64,000 nucleotides of DNA, taken from IMG/VR virus record IMGVR_UViG_3300012931_000015, positions 32,001 through 96,000 of that record; one strand, given 5' to 3'. A model generated the notes under the pieces. The model worked only from the letters and a program-made list of their open reading frames with translations, ran no database searches and was not told where the DNA came from. This stretch comes from a virus. This document shows positions 19,857 through 30,947 of the stretch, piece after piece (the first letter of the stretch is position 1; every line of letters starts with the position of its first letter). Position numbers and translations under genes: made by a program.

Positions 19857-21923
19857 TTATATATTACAACAATTTAAAATTGAAAACTCTATAAGTTTCT
19901 CATTCCAGTAGTTATATTTGTTAATTTCAAACAAAATATCAAGTATTTTTTTAATTTTTTCAATTTTTGTGTTGATTGCTATGTTTTTTATGAAGGTATT
20001 TTGAGCTTTATTATAATAATTACTGTTTTGTTCCTGATTATTTCTTAAATTATCGATATTTATTTTAAATTTATAAACATCTAAAAACATTGATCTTACT
20101 TCTAGCAATAAACTTTCATTCCATTTCTCATTTAATAAGGTTGTTATATCATTACTTATAATCGCTGTTACAAGCTTTCCTATTGTTTCATTAGAATATA
20201 TTTCAAGTATTTTTGATACTTCCTGTTCTGACCATGCTTCAGCATACACACATTGTTCGAGATAACTTACGGCTTTACGAATACTATGAGTACAGTTTTG
20301 AGCTATTGTAAAAAGTCCTCCGGTTGCGTTTTCAAGATCACAGAATTCAGCGGGGTATCTTACATGTTCTTTTTCAAGAATACTATAAAGGTGTTTAAAG
20401 AGGTCTTCCCATTCAACATCTTTTAGATAGTAAGTCTGTCCTCTGTCTTTTATTGCATCAGGAACTTTTGTTTTATCCATTGAAGTAATAATAAAATAAG
20501 CATTTGGGTTATTATTTTCAAATTGTTCAAGAGCATTTTTAGAAGCTTTATGAGCCATTTCCTGATATTCAGTAATTATATATACTTTGGGTTTTTTAGA
20601 CCAAGTATAAATATTAGCATCATTTTCAAGGTCTCGCATATCATCAACTGTTAGATTGCTTGCATTTTTATTTTTTACTGTATGGCTAAATCTTTCTTCT
20701 AAAACATCTTTACATGAACTACAAGATAAGCAAGGATAACCTGTTATGGTATCTGGTTTATCACAGGTAACAGCCATTGCAATTATACGAGCAATACTAT
20801 CTTTCCCCGAATTTCCAGTTATAAATATTTTATTTTCTCGCCTTAATACAAGCATACCACTATTTACAGTAAAACAATATTCATATCCGTCTGTCGTTTT
20901 ATATTCATTAAATTTAATTTTATTTCTGTTATTACATAATGAGACTAAAATATTTTTACTAATTGATAAATTATAATAGTTTGATTTTCTTATATATATT
21001 TTATTATTAACTTTGTGTTCTTGTCCCTTTCTTTTATCCATAGATATAGTAACACGAAATCCACAAGCAGAAAAAGCAAACTGTATAAAATCTGTGGTTT
21101 CTTTGTCTGTTGTGCAAAAACTACGACTAATTACATTTTTTCTTTGTTGTTCATGCCCGTCCCATTGTAAAATGTTATCACAAATTATTTGTAATTGGTG
21201 CTGATTACAGTCGTACCAGTATTTATCAAATTTTTTTGTTATAATTGAAGCTCTTAAATAAAATCTTGTATATCCGGGCATACTTTTAAATGTTTTTTCT
21301 CTATATTCATAATTCATTTCATTTAGTAGTTTTCTCAAAGCTTCTTTTTTTCTGTCTTTTTTTAAATTAAAATAGCATATATTTGAGTTTTTCGTAAAAG
21401 CAGAATCACAAATAACAGCACACATCAGTTTTATTTCATTATCAGTTAAATTTATACCTTTACCATTATATTTAAAAGTAGTAATAAACCTGCCATGAAA
21501 ACCGCTTGCATTCTTTTCATGTTCTTCTTTTATATCTTTAAGAGTTTTTGAAAGTAATTTATCAGTTGAATTAATATAAAATACATTGTGGCTTTCACTT
21601 AAACACTGATCTAATCTAACATTTTTAAAATGCCATAAATAATCACATTTATTTTTTATATAATTTATTGGTTTAATTAATGTTGTAGACCCATCTTTAT
21701 TATATTGTAATACTAAATCATTTTCATTGTATTCTGAAATTTTTTTCCAACCATAGCCATTAAAGAATTCAGTATCTGCGTCAACACAGCCCGACCCCCC
21801 TAACAATCCTATCGTTTGAGGTATATTTTTTTCTGCAAATCTTTTTTTAAATGTTTTAACAACATGTTGTTGACCAACTATTTCATCGAGAGTTGGGGGG
21901 CGATATTTTTTATACCATTCCAT
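19857..21923 (-). CDS. dnaX: DNA polymerase III gamma/tau-like clamp loader AAA+ ATPase, intein-containing
   Basis: KYRP..L.EIVGQ N-terminus, split Walker A, and C...PC..C..C zinc module. Confidence 0.85.
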   Translation of the reverse strand: MEWYKKYRPPTLDEIVGQQHVVKTFKKRFAEKNIPQTIGLLGGSGCVDADTEFFNGYGWKKISEYNENDLVLQYNKDGSTTLIKPINYIKNKCDYLWHFKNVRLDQCLSESHNVFYINSTDKLLSKTLKDIKEEHEKNASGFHGRFITTFKYNGKGINLTDNEIKLMCAVICDSAFTKNSNICYFNLKKDRKKEALRKLLNEMNYEYREKTFKSMPGYTRFYLRASIITKKFDKYWYDCNQHQLQIICDNILQWDGHEQQRKNVISRSFCTTDKETTDFIQFAFSACGFRVTISMDKRKGQEHKVNNKIYIRKSNYYNLSISKNILVSLCNNRNKIKFNEYKTTDGYEYCFTVNSGMLVLRRENKIFITGNSGKDSIARIIAMAVTCDKPDTITGYPCLSCSSCKDVLEERFSHTVKNKNASNLTVDDMRDLENDANIYTWSKKPKVYIITEYQEMAHKASKNALEQFENNNPNAYFIITSMDKTKVPDAIKDRGQTYYLKDVEWEDLFKHLYSILEKEHVRYPAEFCDLENATGGLFTIAQNCTHSIRKAVSYLEQCVYAEAWSEQEVSKILEIYSNETIGKLVTAIISNDITTLLNEKWNESLLLEVRSMFLDVYKFKINIDNLRNNQEQNSNYYNKAQNTFIKNIAINTKIEKIKKILDILFEINKYNYWNEKLIEFSILNCCNI
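20811..21788 (-). mobile_element. Intein (326 aa) in the Walker A of the clamp loader
   Basis: Starts CVDADTEF, ends YCFTV...FITGN followed by Ser; degenerate LAGLIDADG-like motifs inside. Confidence 0.85.
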
Positions 21924-22074
21924 AATGTTTAATTATCCTTGATATTGTTAATATAGGTAAAAATATCATGCTATTACTTCGATGTCAAGAAGAATTTTTT
22001 ATTTTCTTATTTTTGAATCAATAAATATTATAAAGTAAAAGATGTGAATAATGATATAAATATAGTATCAAATT

Positions 22075-23358
22075 TCATAGACAATTATTCTTGCCTATCT
22101 TATTTGTAAACGCTTCATAGAATATGCCCTTTGGATCATAAATGATTTTCTTTGGTCTTATTTCTTCTCCACGTTTGTACTCGGAATACTCTTCCGATAA
22201 ATTATTTTCAAAAAGAAAATTATTTTTTAGATTAAAACTTGCATTTAAATCTCTATCAATTTCTAATCCGCAATCACACTTATAAATTCTATCAGATAGT
22301 TTTAAGTCTTTTTTAATTTGTCCACATTTTGAGCAAAGTTTTGAAGACGGAAAAAATCTATTAACTTTGTGAATAGTTGTTCCATATTCTTTTGCTTTTT
22401 GTTCAAGCTTCATTAAAAAAGAATACCAATTAGAATTTTGAATTGATTTTGCAAGTTTTTTATTTTTTATCATTCCACTAATATTTAAATTTTCTAAACT
22501 TATAACTTGATTTTCGTTACAAAGTTTATTTGCTAAATGCCAATGGAAATGATTAATAAAATTTGTTCTATATTCAAATAATTTTGCTAATTTTAATCTA
22601 CATTTTTCCTGTCTTTTTGAATTTTCAATTTTATTTTTTTTATTTGTTGAAAATTTTCTTGATAAGTGTTTTTGTTGTTTTTTAATTTTATTTTCTATAA
22701 CTTTTAATTCATTTTTTATTCCTGTAATTTGTTCTTCATTACTACAAGTAACAAATTCTTTTAATCCAAAATCAATTCCTAAAATATTATTTGATTTTCT
22801 TATTTTTATAGAATTTTTTTCCAATTCTACTAAAATTGAAGCAAAAAACTTTCCTGTTTTTGTGTATTCAATAGTTACTGATTTCATTTTTCCTTTAAAA
22901 TTTTTATCTAATCCTTTAAATTTTATCCATCCTAGTTTTAAGAGTTTTAATTTGTTTTTTTCTAAATCTATTTCTATTGATTTTTCTCCTACTTGTGGTT
23001 CTCTGTAACTATTTTTACTTTTCTTTTTAGATTTAAATTTAGGAAAACCAACATTCTTATTTTTCTTTTTCAAATTCTTAAAAAAATTCTGATAAGCAGT
23101 ATCTAAATTTCCTCTTGCTTGTTGTAAAGCTCTTGAAGAGCCTAACTTTAAAAATTCAAATTCTTCTTTATATTCTTTTTCAGTTTTATATTTATATTTT
23201 TTTAATTCTTCTTTATTTTCTTTTAATTTTTTATAAACTTGTATTTTTTCATTTAATATTTGATTATATAAAAATCTACAGTTTCCAATTGTTTGTAAAA
23301 TTGTTTTTTGTTGAGTTTTATTTGGATATAATCTTACTTTAAATGTTTTATTATACAT
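22075..23358 (-). mobile_element. tnpB: TnpB (IS200/IS605/IS607 family) RNA-guided endonuclease, no TnpA
   Basis: HTH start (KVRLYPNKTQ), RuvC GIDFG / LENL / DRDLNA, and Zn finger CSKCG..CDCG. Confidence 0.9.
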
Positions 23359-23455
23359 TTATTTCCTTAAATTAAGTATATAATATACTTATTATTAGTA
23401 TATTATATTTTAATATAATCTATAAATTTAATGTGTTAATATTTTTGTGTGTTTT

Positions 23456-24010
23456 TTATATATAAAGTTCGGGTGTTTTTGTGCAAACTCCATAAAAGTT
23501 TTTAATTTTATCTTTAGGATAAGTTGTATTTTTAAAGCTGTGAAGTTCAGGGGATGCTACTATTATTTTATATTGATCTGATAAATAAACATAGTTTAAA
23601 TGATTAAATTGCTTCCAGTTGAAATAGTCCAACCAAATGTATTTTGCTTTATCAAATAGTTTGTTCTCATATTCTGATAATCTAAATGCTGTAAATTCAG
23701 GGCAAATTTCAAGATAATCGGTTATAAGATCAGGTACAGCCATATCAAAAAAGTAAAACTCTTTTATAGTTTTCATGTAATATCTTTTTAATAATTTGAT
23801 GAGAGGTTTACATAACCCTGATTGCTTAATATTTATTGCAAGTCTATGACCATTACAAGCTTTGAGATAATCTTCAAAATAACAAGTATGAGCATTATGA
23901 TTATGCCCTAAGATGAGTTCGCCCTTGCCCGAAGCTTTTATGTCAATTTCGACTTCTTTATATTTTTTTAAATCTTCTATATCATTACAACGATGTTTAA
24001 AGGTTATCAT
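23456..24010 (-). CDS. PI-PLC/GDPD-like phosphodiesterase-fold protein of sugar-nucleotide clusters
   Basis: HR.N...VEID...LGH...NIK..G...FFFD...R.SEYE...W.D.F...SPELH...VCT. Confidence 0.7.
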   Translation of the reverse strand: MITFKHRCNDIEDLKKYKEVEIDIKASGKGELILGHNHNAHTCYFEDYLKACNGHRLAINIKQSGLCKPLIKLLKRYYMKTIKEFYFFDMAVPDLITDYLEICPEFTAFRLSEYENKLFDKAKYIWLDYFNWKQFNHLNYVYLSDQYKIIVASPELHSFKNTTYPKDKIKNFYGVCTKTPELYI

Positions 24011-24012
24011 TT

Positions 24013-24339
24013 TTATTCCTCAATATACTTATCATTTATACAACTTGGTATTTTTAAAACTACCGTTATAACATTATTAGATAAAGCTTTAAAGTTAGTA
24101 GCTTCATTTCTACCAATAATTATTATATCACCTTTTGTATAAATATTATCATTCATTTGTACTTTACCTTGAGCTATGATTGTATATTCAATAGATTTTT
24201 TGTGGTGGTGCTTTTTATCATAATCATTCTTTTTATAATATTTTATTGCTAATTCAAAATTTTCTGTTTTAATTAATGAAGGGAAAAAGCTCCCACAAAT
24301 CCATCCGAGCTTAAAATTTTTTAATTTATATACTTGCAT
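24013..24339 (-). CDS. Cupin protein
   Basis: GW..G.F.P...HHHK..EYT.I..G...GDI...K.P...DKY. Confidence 0.75.
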   Translation of the reverse strand: MQVYKLKNFKLGWICGSFFPSLIKTENFELAIKYYKKNDYDKKHHHKKSIEYTIIAQGKVQMNDNIYTKGDIIIIGRNEATNFKALSNNVITVVLKIPSCINDKYIEE

Positions 24340-24340
24340 T

Positions 24341-25156
24341 TTATATTAAATCTTCTTTTTTAGCATTACATCCAACATCACATAACCAGTAAGCATAACT
24401 ATCTTTACTTACAGCATTTGGGATAGAATCATAAATAACTTTGTACCATTTTTCACCATATTTTTCTATTAAACCTTTTAGCATATTTTCTCGACTCACA
24501 TCAAATTGATTTGCTAAGGTTTTAAAACTACTATCTTTCCCTGTTTTTGTTGTAGTTCCAGCATCATGTTTTACTCCAACCTCATTACTTACATAAATTT
24601 TTAAATTGTTATCATAAAGTGTTTTTGTAAGACTGTAGTCAATCCCCCATCCATAGTAAAACCTTGAATCCAGTAAATCTAAATCTATTGCCTTTCTTGA
24701 AAGTAAAGGACATACTATTTCACAAAAACTTTCAGCACGAGCTTTTTTTCCATCAAGTTTTTTATGCAAATAAGGGCTAGGTGAATTTTCTATGAAGGGG
24801 TGAATCTCTCCACAATCAGAATTGTTATTCATAAACTTAACCATAGGACTTAGTGTGTCAATATCGTAATGCAGTGTATCATTGACGCAAATCCAAAAAT
24901 TGTTATAATGTATATTAAATATTTTCTCTCGTTGCTTCATGTAAAAAATACCCAAATTAAAACCATTAGTCATACGAATTCCATCAGGAGCTATAAGAGC
25001 AGGATAATCAGTTACTATTTCGTTTGGTTTACTTCCGGTCTCTACAACAAGTAAGTCATACTCTGTTTTAGTATATTTTTGTATTTGATTACAGAGTTTA
25101 GTTGTAATAGCTTTGTTGTTATGGCTAACAATTATTATTGCGGTTTTGTTTATCAT
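24341..25156 (-). CDS. GT-A (GT2-like) glycosyltransferase
   Basis: IIVSHN...VVETGS...GFN...ND...F.YGWG.D; paralogue of 48315-49088. Confidence 0.7.
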   Translation of the reverse strand: MINKTAIIIVSHNNKAITTKLCNQIQKYTKTEYDLLVVETGSKPNEIVTDYPALIAPDGIRMTNGFNLGIFYMKQREKIFNIHYNNFWICVNDTLHYDIDTLSPMVKFMNNNSDCGEIHPFIENSPSPYLHKKLDGKKARAESFCEIVCPLLSRKAIDLDLLDSRFYYGWGIDYSLTKTLYDNNLKIYVSNEVGVKHDAGTTTKTGKDSSFKTLANQFDVSRENMLKGLIEKYGEKWYKVIYDSIPNAVSKDSYAYWLCDVGCNAKKEDLI

Positions 25157-25353
25157 TTTGTTATATAGTTTTTAATTTTTTGTTGTATTTTATAAGTCCA
25201 TTGACTAAATGCTATTTTATTAAATCTAATTTTAATTTTATTAATTTGTTTTTCAATAATTATTTGTAAACCACAAATCATAACCCATTTTTTATTTAGA
25301 CTGTTAATGTAGCAGAAAGGAGATAACATGCTTCCATATACTTGTTTTTTCAT

Positions 25354-26142
25354 TTATTTTTTATCCTTTATTATTCTATTTTTTCTTTTTTCCATTTTTT
25401 CTATAAATATTTTCAGGTCTTCGGGAGTTCCTAACCCGTTAGCACACTGTGTTGGGATAGGGTAGTTTAATACCTTCATACATAATTGATTTATTCCTAT
25501 ATTAAAAACAGGAGCAACATAATATTCTCCATTACTCATAAGACCTTTATTAATAATTTCATCTGCACAAAAAATAAAATCAGAACTTTTTTTAAAATAA
25601 TAAGCACCAATAGTAGCAAATTCACTAATTACTTGTTTTTCTTTTACTTGGTTTATCCATCCTTCTCCATTAACTAATACGTAACTCCATTTTGGGTTTT
25701 GAGAAGCAAAAGTTATAATACAAGCATCAGCATTATTATCTTCTATGGTTTGAATAAAATGTGTTGAATTCCATTCAATATATTGATCGCTATTAATAAT
25801 AAAAATTTCTTTGTCATTAAATTCTTCTATGATCTTTCTTCCCTTCAAGCAAGTACATAATGCACCTGCTGTTAGAGTATCAATTTCAATTATATTACAA
25901 GCAACATTAAATTTATTACAAGTATTAGTTAAATATTGATTTAAACCATATTGTTCATTATGTTCTTTCTGTACTATAAAAACAAAAGTTAGTTTTCTAT
26001 CAGGAATTATCATATTTTCAATAACCCAACCAATCATTGGTTTATCTATTACATCAATTAAAGGTTTAGGCTTTTCATAATTACATTTTTTAAATCTTGA
26101 ACCTGCTCCGGCGCACGGGATTATGACCAACATTTCTTTCAT
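25354..26142 (-). CDS. Sugar-phosphate nucleotidyltransferase
   Basis: IPCAGAGSRF...PKPLI...NSDQ...WSY...EK..IS..AT.G.YYF...NGEYY...LGTPEDL. Confidence 0.85.
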   Translation of the reverse strand: MKEMLVIIPCAGAGSRFKKCNYEKPKPLIDVIDKPMIGWVIENMIIPDRKLTFVFIVQKEHNEQYGLNQYLTNTCNKFNVACNIIEIDTLTAGALCTCLKGRKIIEEFNDKEIFIINSDQYIEWNSTHFIQTIEDNNADACIITFASQNPKWSYVLVNGEGWINQVKEKQVISEFATIGAYYFKKSSDFIFCADEIINKGLMSNGEYYVAPVFNIGINQLCMKVLNYPIPTQCANGLGTPEDLKIFIEKMEKRKNRIIKDKK

Positions 26143-26146
26143 ATTT

Positions 26147-26458
26147 TTATTTTACCTTTTTATTTGCAATTTTTTTAGTTTTCTTTTTTACTGTTTTTTT
26201 CTTAGGGGGAAAGTCATCATAAGGAAATATGTCATAACCTAAAACAACAACCCAAAAACTTTTAAACTTTTTTAAACTAAAAATAGTATAATCTGTTTCT
26301 TCAAGTTTATTGTATAAATGAATATATTCTTTATTGCTCTTGAACTTGACATAACACATTTGAATAAAAGAATCATCGTCAATGAATTGCTCAAAGGCTT
26401 GAACTTCATCAACAATATCTGATACATAATTTAATAAGTTTCCCTGCGACACTATCAT
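26147..26458 (-). CDS. Hypothetical protein
   Basis: Preceded by TTGACA-17-TAAAAT and an AAGGA RBS. Confidence 0.5.
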   Translation of the reverse strand: MIVSQGNLLNYVSDIVDEVQAFEQFIDDDSFIQMCYVKFKSNKEYIHLYNKLEETDYTIFSLKKFKSFWVVVLGYDIFPYDDFPPKKKTVKKKTKKIANKKVK

Positions 26459-26529
26459 AACTAATAAATTTTCCTTTTCAATTATAAAGTATTGATGTTA
26501 TTTTATAATCAAATCGTTTCTATGTCAAG

Positions 26530-27636
26530 CTAATTTTTATAACTTTTGTATTTTTTTAACACTTCAATTATTTTATTTTTATCATAAGTTTCAGCTACAT
26601 CTCTAAATTCATCTATCATATTTTTTAATTCTACATAATTTAAACATTTAAAATTGTGATCGCTTTCTTTTAAATACAAAAGTCTATCAAATTTAGTTTT
26701 TCCAAGATTACTTTTTTTAAGGGTCAATTCTTCTTCAAGTTTTTCACCTTCTGTTATTCCTATAGTATTTACGGGATAAGTATAACTATCATAGCCATAA
26801 AGTTTTAAAAGTTTTTTTATTATGTCAAGTATTTTAATTTGTTTACCCATATCCAGTATAAATATTTCACCTTTATCTAAAGTCAAAGATTTTATGACAA
26901 GTTTACTTGCTTCACTTATAGACATAAAAAATCTTTTCATATCAGGATGAGTAATTGTGATAGGCTCATTATTTTCTATTTGGTGCTTAAACAGAGGTAT
27001 AGCCGATCCCCTGCTTCCGATAACATTTCCAAATCTAACAATAGAAAACTTTGTTATATCTTGATTATTGTTTAATGAAAGCATTATTTTTTCAACAATA
27101 TTTTTTGTAGCCCCCATTATAGATGTTGGATTTACACTTTTATCTGTGCTTATACTTAAAAAATGTTTTACTTTATTTTCGATAGCCACTAATGCACAAT
27201 TGTAAGAACCAATAATATTCGTCTTTAAAGTTTCATCAGGAAATTTCTCGGCGAAGAAAACGTGCTTTAGGGCAGACGCATGAATGCAAATATCCGGTTT
27301 ATATTTATTCACAACATATCTTAATTTTTCTATATCTCGAATATCACCGATTATATAATCAATAATGTGTTTATGATCTACTTTCTGAATAGTATTATAA
27401 CAGCTAAACTCTCCATGAGTGAAAGATACTATTTTTTTAACAGGTAATTGTAAAAGTTGAATGAGAATTTCTGAACCTATCGAACCGGATGCCCCGGTAA
27501 TAAAAATAGTTTTGTCCTTGTAAAAATCAGATATGAGTTCAGGCTCTAGCTTTATTTCAGGTCTACCAAGAAGATCACTTTGATTACATAAAAAAGTTTC
27601 TTGATTTTTGTATTCTTTTGTGGTAATATCAGACAC
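26530..27636 (-). CDS. CapD/PglF-like UDP-sugar 4,6-dehydratase (catalytic domain only)
   Basis: DLLGR, TGASGSIGSE, HASALKHV, STDKSVNPTSIMGATK, VRFGNV.GSRGS, GEKL.EEL. Confidence 0.9.
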   Translation of the reverse strand: MSDITTKEYKNQETFLCNQSDLLGRPEIKLEPELISDFYKDKTIFITGASGSIGSEILIQLLQLPVKKIVSFTHGEFSCYNTIQKVDHKHIIDYIIGDIRDIEKLRYVVNKYKPDICIHASALKHVFFAEKFPDETLKTNIIGSYNCALVAIENKVKHFLSISTDKSVNPTSIMGATKNIVEKIMLSLNNNQDITKFSIVRFGNVIGSRGSAIPLFKHQIENNEPITITHPDMKRFFMSISEASKLVIKSLTLDKGEIFILDMGKQIKILDIIKKLLKLYGYDSYTYPVNTIGITEGEKLEEELTLKKSNLGKTKFDRLLYLKESDHNFKCLNYVELKNMIDEFRDVAETYDKNKIIEVLKKYKSYKN

Positions 27637-27746
27637 AATCTTTTTCCTTTTAGCAATTTTTATTTTTTTGTAAGAAATTTTATCGTAAGTTACTTTTATT
27701 AGTAATTAAAAAAGGAAATTATTAAAATGTTGACTTATTTTGTAAT

Positions 27747-27817
27747 TGTAAATAAATTGTAAATTATTAAAATATATTCAAATTATACTTGACTTATTTA
27801 TTTTATTTTGGTATTAT
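27747..27817 (+). promoter_or_regulatory. Sigma70-type promoter with TGTAAA-N5-TGTAAA box (copy 2)
   Basis: TTGACT (27789-27794), 17 nt, TATTAT; near-identical to 5000-5070. Confidence 0.7.
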
Positions 27818-27833
27818 ACTATAGTAGATTAAA

Positions 27834-27924
27834 AAAGCTAAAGGTAGAGAAACGAACGGCGTGAAATGAGAGCCCGGCAATGTGGGTAGCGCAGAAATTC
27901 TCATTAAGTCCTACTTTTAGTTTT
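27834..27924 (+). ncRNA. Candidate structured leader/sRNA
   Basis: 14-bp closing stem with two G-U pairs, inner AATGAGA/TCTCATT and GCCC/GGGT stems; a GC-rich patch right after the promoter. Confidence 0.55.
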
Positions 27925-27961
27925 GATTTATTATGAATACAACTAATTAAGGATAAAAACT

Positions 27962-30668
27962 GTGAAAAAAATAGTTATATGTAACAACTGCAAAAAAATA
28001 TGGATAATGCCTATTAAGAAATGTGATTGTGGATCAATTGCTTTGACTGAAACTCATTCTAGTAATGAACAATTTGCAGAAAACAAAAAAATAAATTACA
28101 AACTTGAATGTTTAAAAATACACCCTAAACTAAAAGCATCAAAAGTTAATGGAACAGCATTTTATCATATTATTACTGGTAATCAGATGTGTCATACTAC
28201 TTATTCTGGTTTTTGTGATACTATAACTGAAGCTTGGAAAAATTGCTATTTAAAATTAAAAGGATAAAATTATGAACTTTGAAGATTTTAAAAATGATCC
28301 GCAAAAACTACTAAATAATTTTGTGCTGTTTGAACAAGGTATGTCTTATGATTCTAATACTTACAAAGCTATAAAAAAAATTGAAAAAATAACTAAAACA
28401 GGATTTAGAATAAGTAATTATTCTGGTTTATTTGATATACATGATGGATATTTAAAAGGAAGAAGTATAGGAGTTATAACTAATTGTAAACTTTTAACTG
28501 AAGAAGAAGTAATAAAATTAAAAGTTGAATGGACACTGAAAAAAGATATAAAAACTAAAAAGACAGAGATCGAAAATCAAATTAAAAATTTAAATGATAT
28601 TGAGAAAATAAATAAGATATTAGACATATTAAAAGGATAAATTATGAGTGAAGATAAATTTAAAATATCTGTTCCGGTTTCTTTAGGTAGTCATACAAAA
28701 GATACATATATTACTGTTACAATGGGAGCAGTATATAATGATAGGCAAATTGATTTTAAGACAGTATTAAAAGATGAAGTCTATAATACACTTATTGATA
28801 ATGGTTATATACCCGGATATGAAAGTAAAGACGTTGGTGCTTATGGTTCTGGTTTTTCAAAAACTATCAAAGCACCCACTTTGGAATCATTAGTAACTCG
28901 CATAAAAATTATTTACAGTCATTATGAAATAGTTAAAAAAATTAGTGAAACTCCTAAGAATAAAATATTATGTATTTCTTTTAGTTCTAAAAGCGGAGAA
29001 GCTTCTTCTAGCTGGAACGGGGTAAAAAAAGGTTTTATAACAAATATCGAGTTTAAATATTTTGTTGGATATAAAAGTGTTGTTAATTATAAAGATTATC
29101 ATGGAGAAGATAAATCTCAAATAACTTATTATAATGATAACTGTGAAATATTTAATTTAAATTATGATAAGATTGATCGTGAATACAAAATAATAGAATG
29201 GACTCAGGAAAGAGAAAACTTTATTGTCAAATTAGCTGAATCTTTTGAGACATTGGAAAATAATCTTTCAGAGTTTTTAAAAGATATTTCACAGGAAAAA
29301 TTTGATAACATAATAAATCAAATGTCTTCAATTAAATTTTTGGAGGATAATAATGGAAAATAAATTTGATTCAGAAAACACTTATTGGAACGGAAAAGGA
29401 AAATATGAAATTCTGTTAAAAAAATTAAGTCCTTTATTACCTAGAGAAGGTTTTACTGAAAACGCCTATTTAAATTTGCTAATCCTTACAAAAAATATTT
29501 ATTATGATATTTATAATAATGGAGGATGCAACTTAGATAGCAAATATTATAAAGAAAAAATAAATGAATATGTAATGCCCTTTGCAAAAGAAACAGGTTT
29601 TAAAAAATATTTAATAAAAAAGACAAAAGATTATAATTATGAAATGTTAGAAGAATTTGTAGATAAAGTAATTTTATTTGCTTATTCACATAATGTTGAT
29701 TTTTATGGTTTTCCTTTAGGTAAAAACTTAGAGGATTTTTATGCTGTTGTAGAAGGTTTAAAATTTGAAGGACAGGAATCCAGAGCACAGGCTGTCATAT
29801 ATTTAATTGAACGTTGTAAATTAGCTGAAGAAAAAATATTAAAATAAAGGGATAACAAAATGGATAGTGATACAATTAAAAAAGGAACTCTCTTACGCTA
29901 TAGTAATCATAGTGGGTATCATGTTATAGAATATGACCATGAAGAAATTGATGGAAATAGTAGCACGATGTATGGATATTGGGATGGAGGAAATGTTCTT
30001 ATAAAAAAAGAAATGTTCAGGTTTGAAGGTGTTTTACAATCAGGCTGGGAAATAATAAAATAGAGAGGTAAGCATGAATCTTTTTTTAAAAATATGGAGC
30101 ATTATAAGCATAATCATTTCCATACCAGTATGTTTATTTTTTGGTTATATACTCTTAGTTGTAATGGAGGTTATATAATGTTAGATCAGCTTTTAAAAGA
30201 AATAAATGATTTAAAAGAAGCTAAAAATTTGCTGGATAGAATACTAACTTATTATGATATTTATGGACAGCAGATAGACAACGAAAGATTATTTAAAGAT
30301 GATTTATTAAATAAAGATTTAAGGTTATATGAAAAGTTTGATGATAGCGAATGAAACAATAAAAAAGAGGTTATAATATGTCAGAACAATTTTTAAAAGA
30401 CAGAAAAACAATTTGGGAGCAAATCGTTGAGAAGAAAGAAAAATTTATTGGGAAAATTTTAGTTGATACAGATTTTAACGTTATTTGTGAAACCAAAATT
30501 AAAGATATAACTTTAACACCTAATGGGGATAGCTACTTTTTTGCAGTAAAAGGCGAAAACTTTAATTGTGGCTTTGATATAAAAGTAGGGGGAGTTAGCT
30601 CTAGTAAAAAAGAAAACGAGATATTGCGATTCTCTACTCTTTATTCAGGTGATTTTTATATTAAATAA
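27962..30668 (+). CDS. + strand island 2: seven small hypothetical genes (27962-28267, 28272-28640, 28644-29363, 29353-29847, 29860-30063, about 30178-30354, 30378-30668)
   Basis: Tightly packed ORFs with AAGGA/GAGG RBSs behind promoter copy 2; no recognisable motifs. Confidence 0.6.
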
Positions 30669-30677
30669 AAAATAAAT

Positions 30678-30941
30678 TTAGCTGTTGTTGAAATCTTCTA
30701 ATTCGCCGAGATCGCAAATACCATACTCAGTATATCCAATTTCTTCTTCCAGTCTAAAAGCTTCTTTTAGTGCGGATTTTTTTGTTTTGAAAATTTTAGA
30801 ATCTTTGAAATAACTTTTTATTACTTTTTTCCGTGCTTTAGTATTTGGTTTATGATAAAAAATATTGTCAATAGCTTGATCGTGAATTACTCTATAACCA
30901 TCTGAAAACTTTGCTAAATATATGCCGTTGTCGGAACTCAT
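30678..30941 (-). CDS. Hypothetical phage protein
   Basis: MSSDNGIY...YRV...TEYGI pattern. Confidence 0.55.
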   Translation of the reverse strand: MSSDNGIYLAKFSDGYRVIHDQAIDNIFYHKPNTKARKKVIKSYFKDSKIFKTKKSALKEAFRLEEEIGYTEYGICDLGELEDFNNS

Positions 30942-30947
30942 TGGGGG

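Noticed and set aside
27834-27924. Twister or hammerhead ribozyme identity for the structured element
   Set aside because: There is only a superficial AGCCCGG resemblance, and the conserved catalytic cores are absent.
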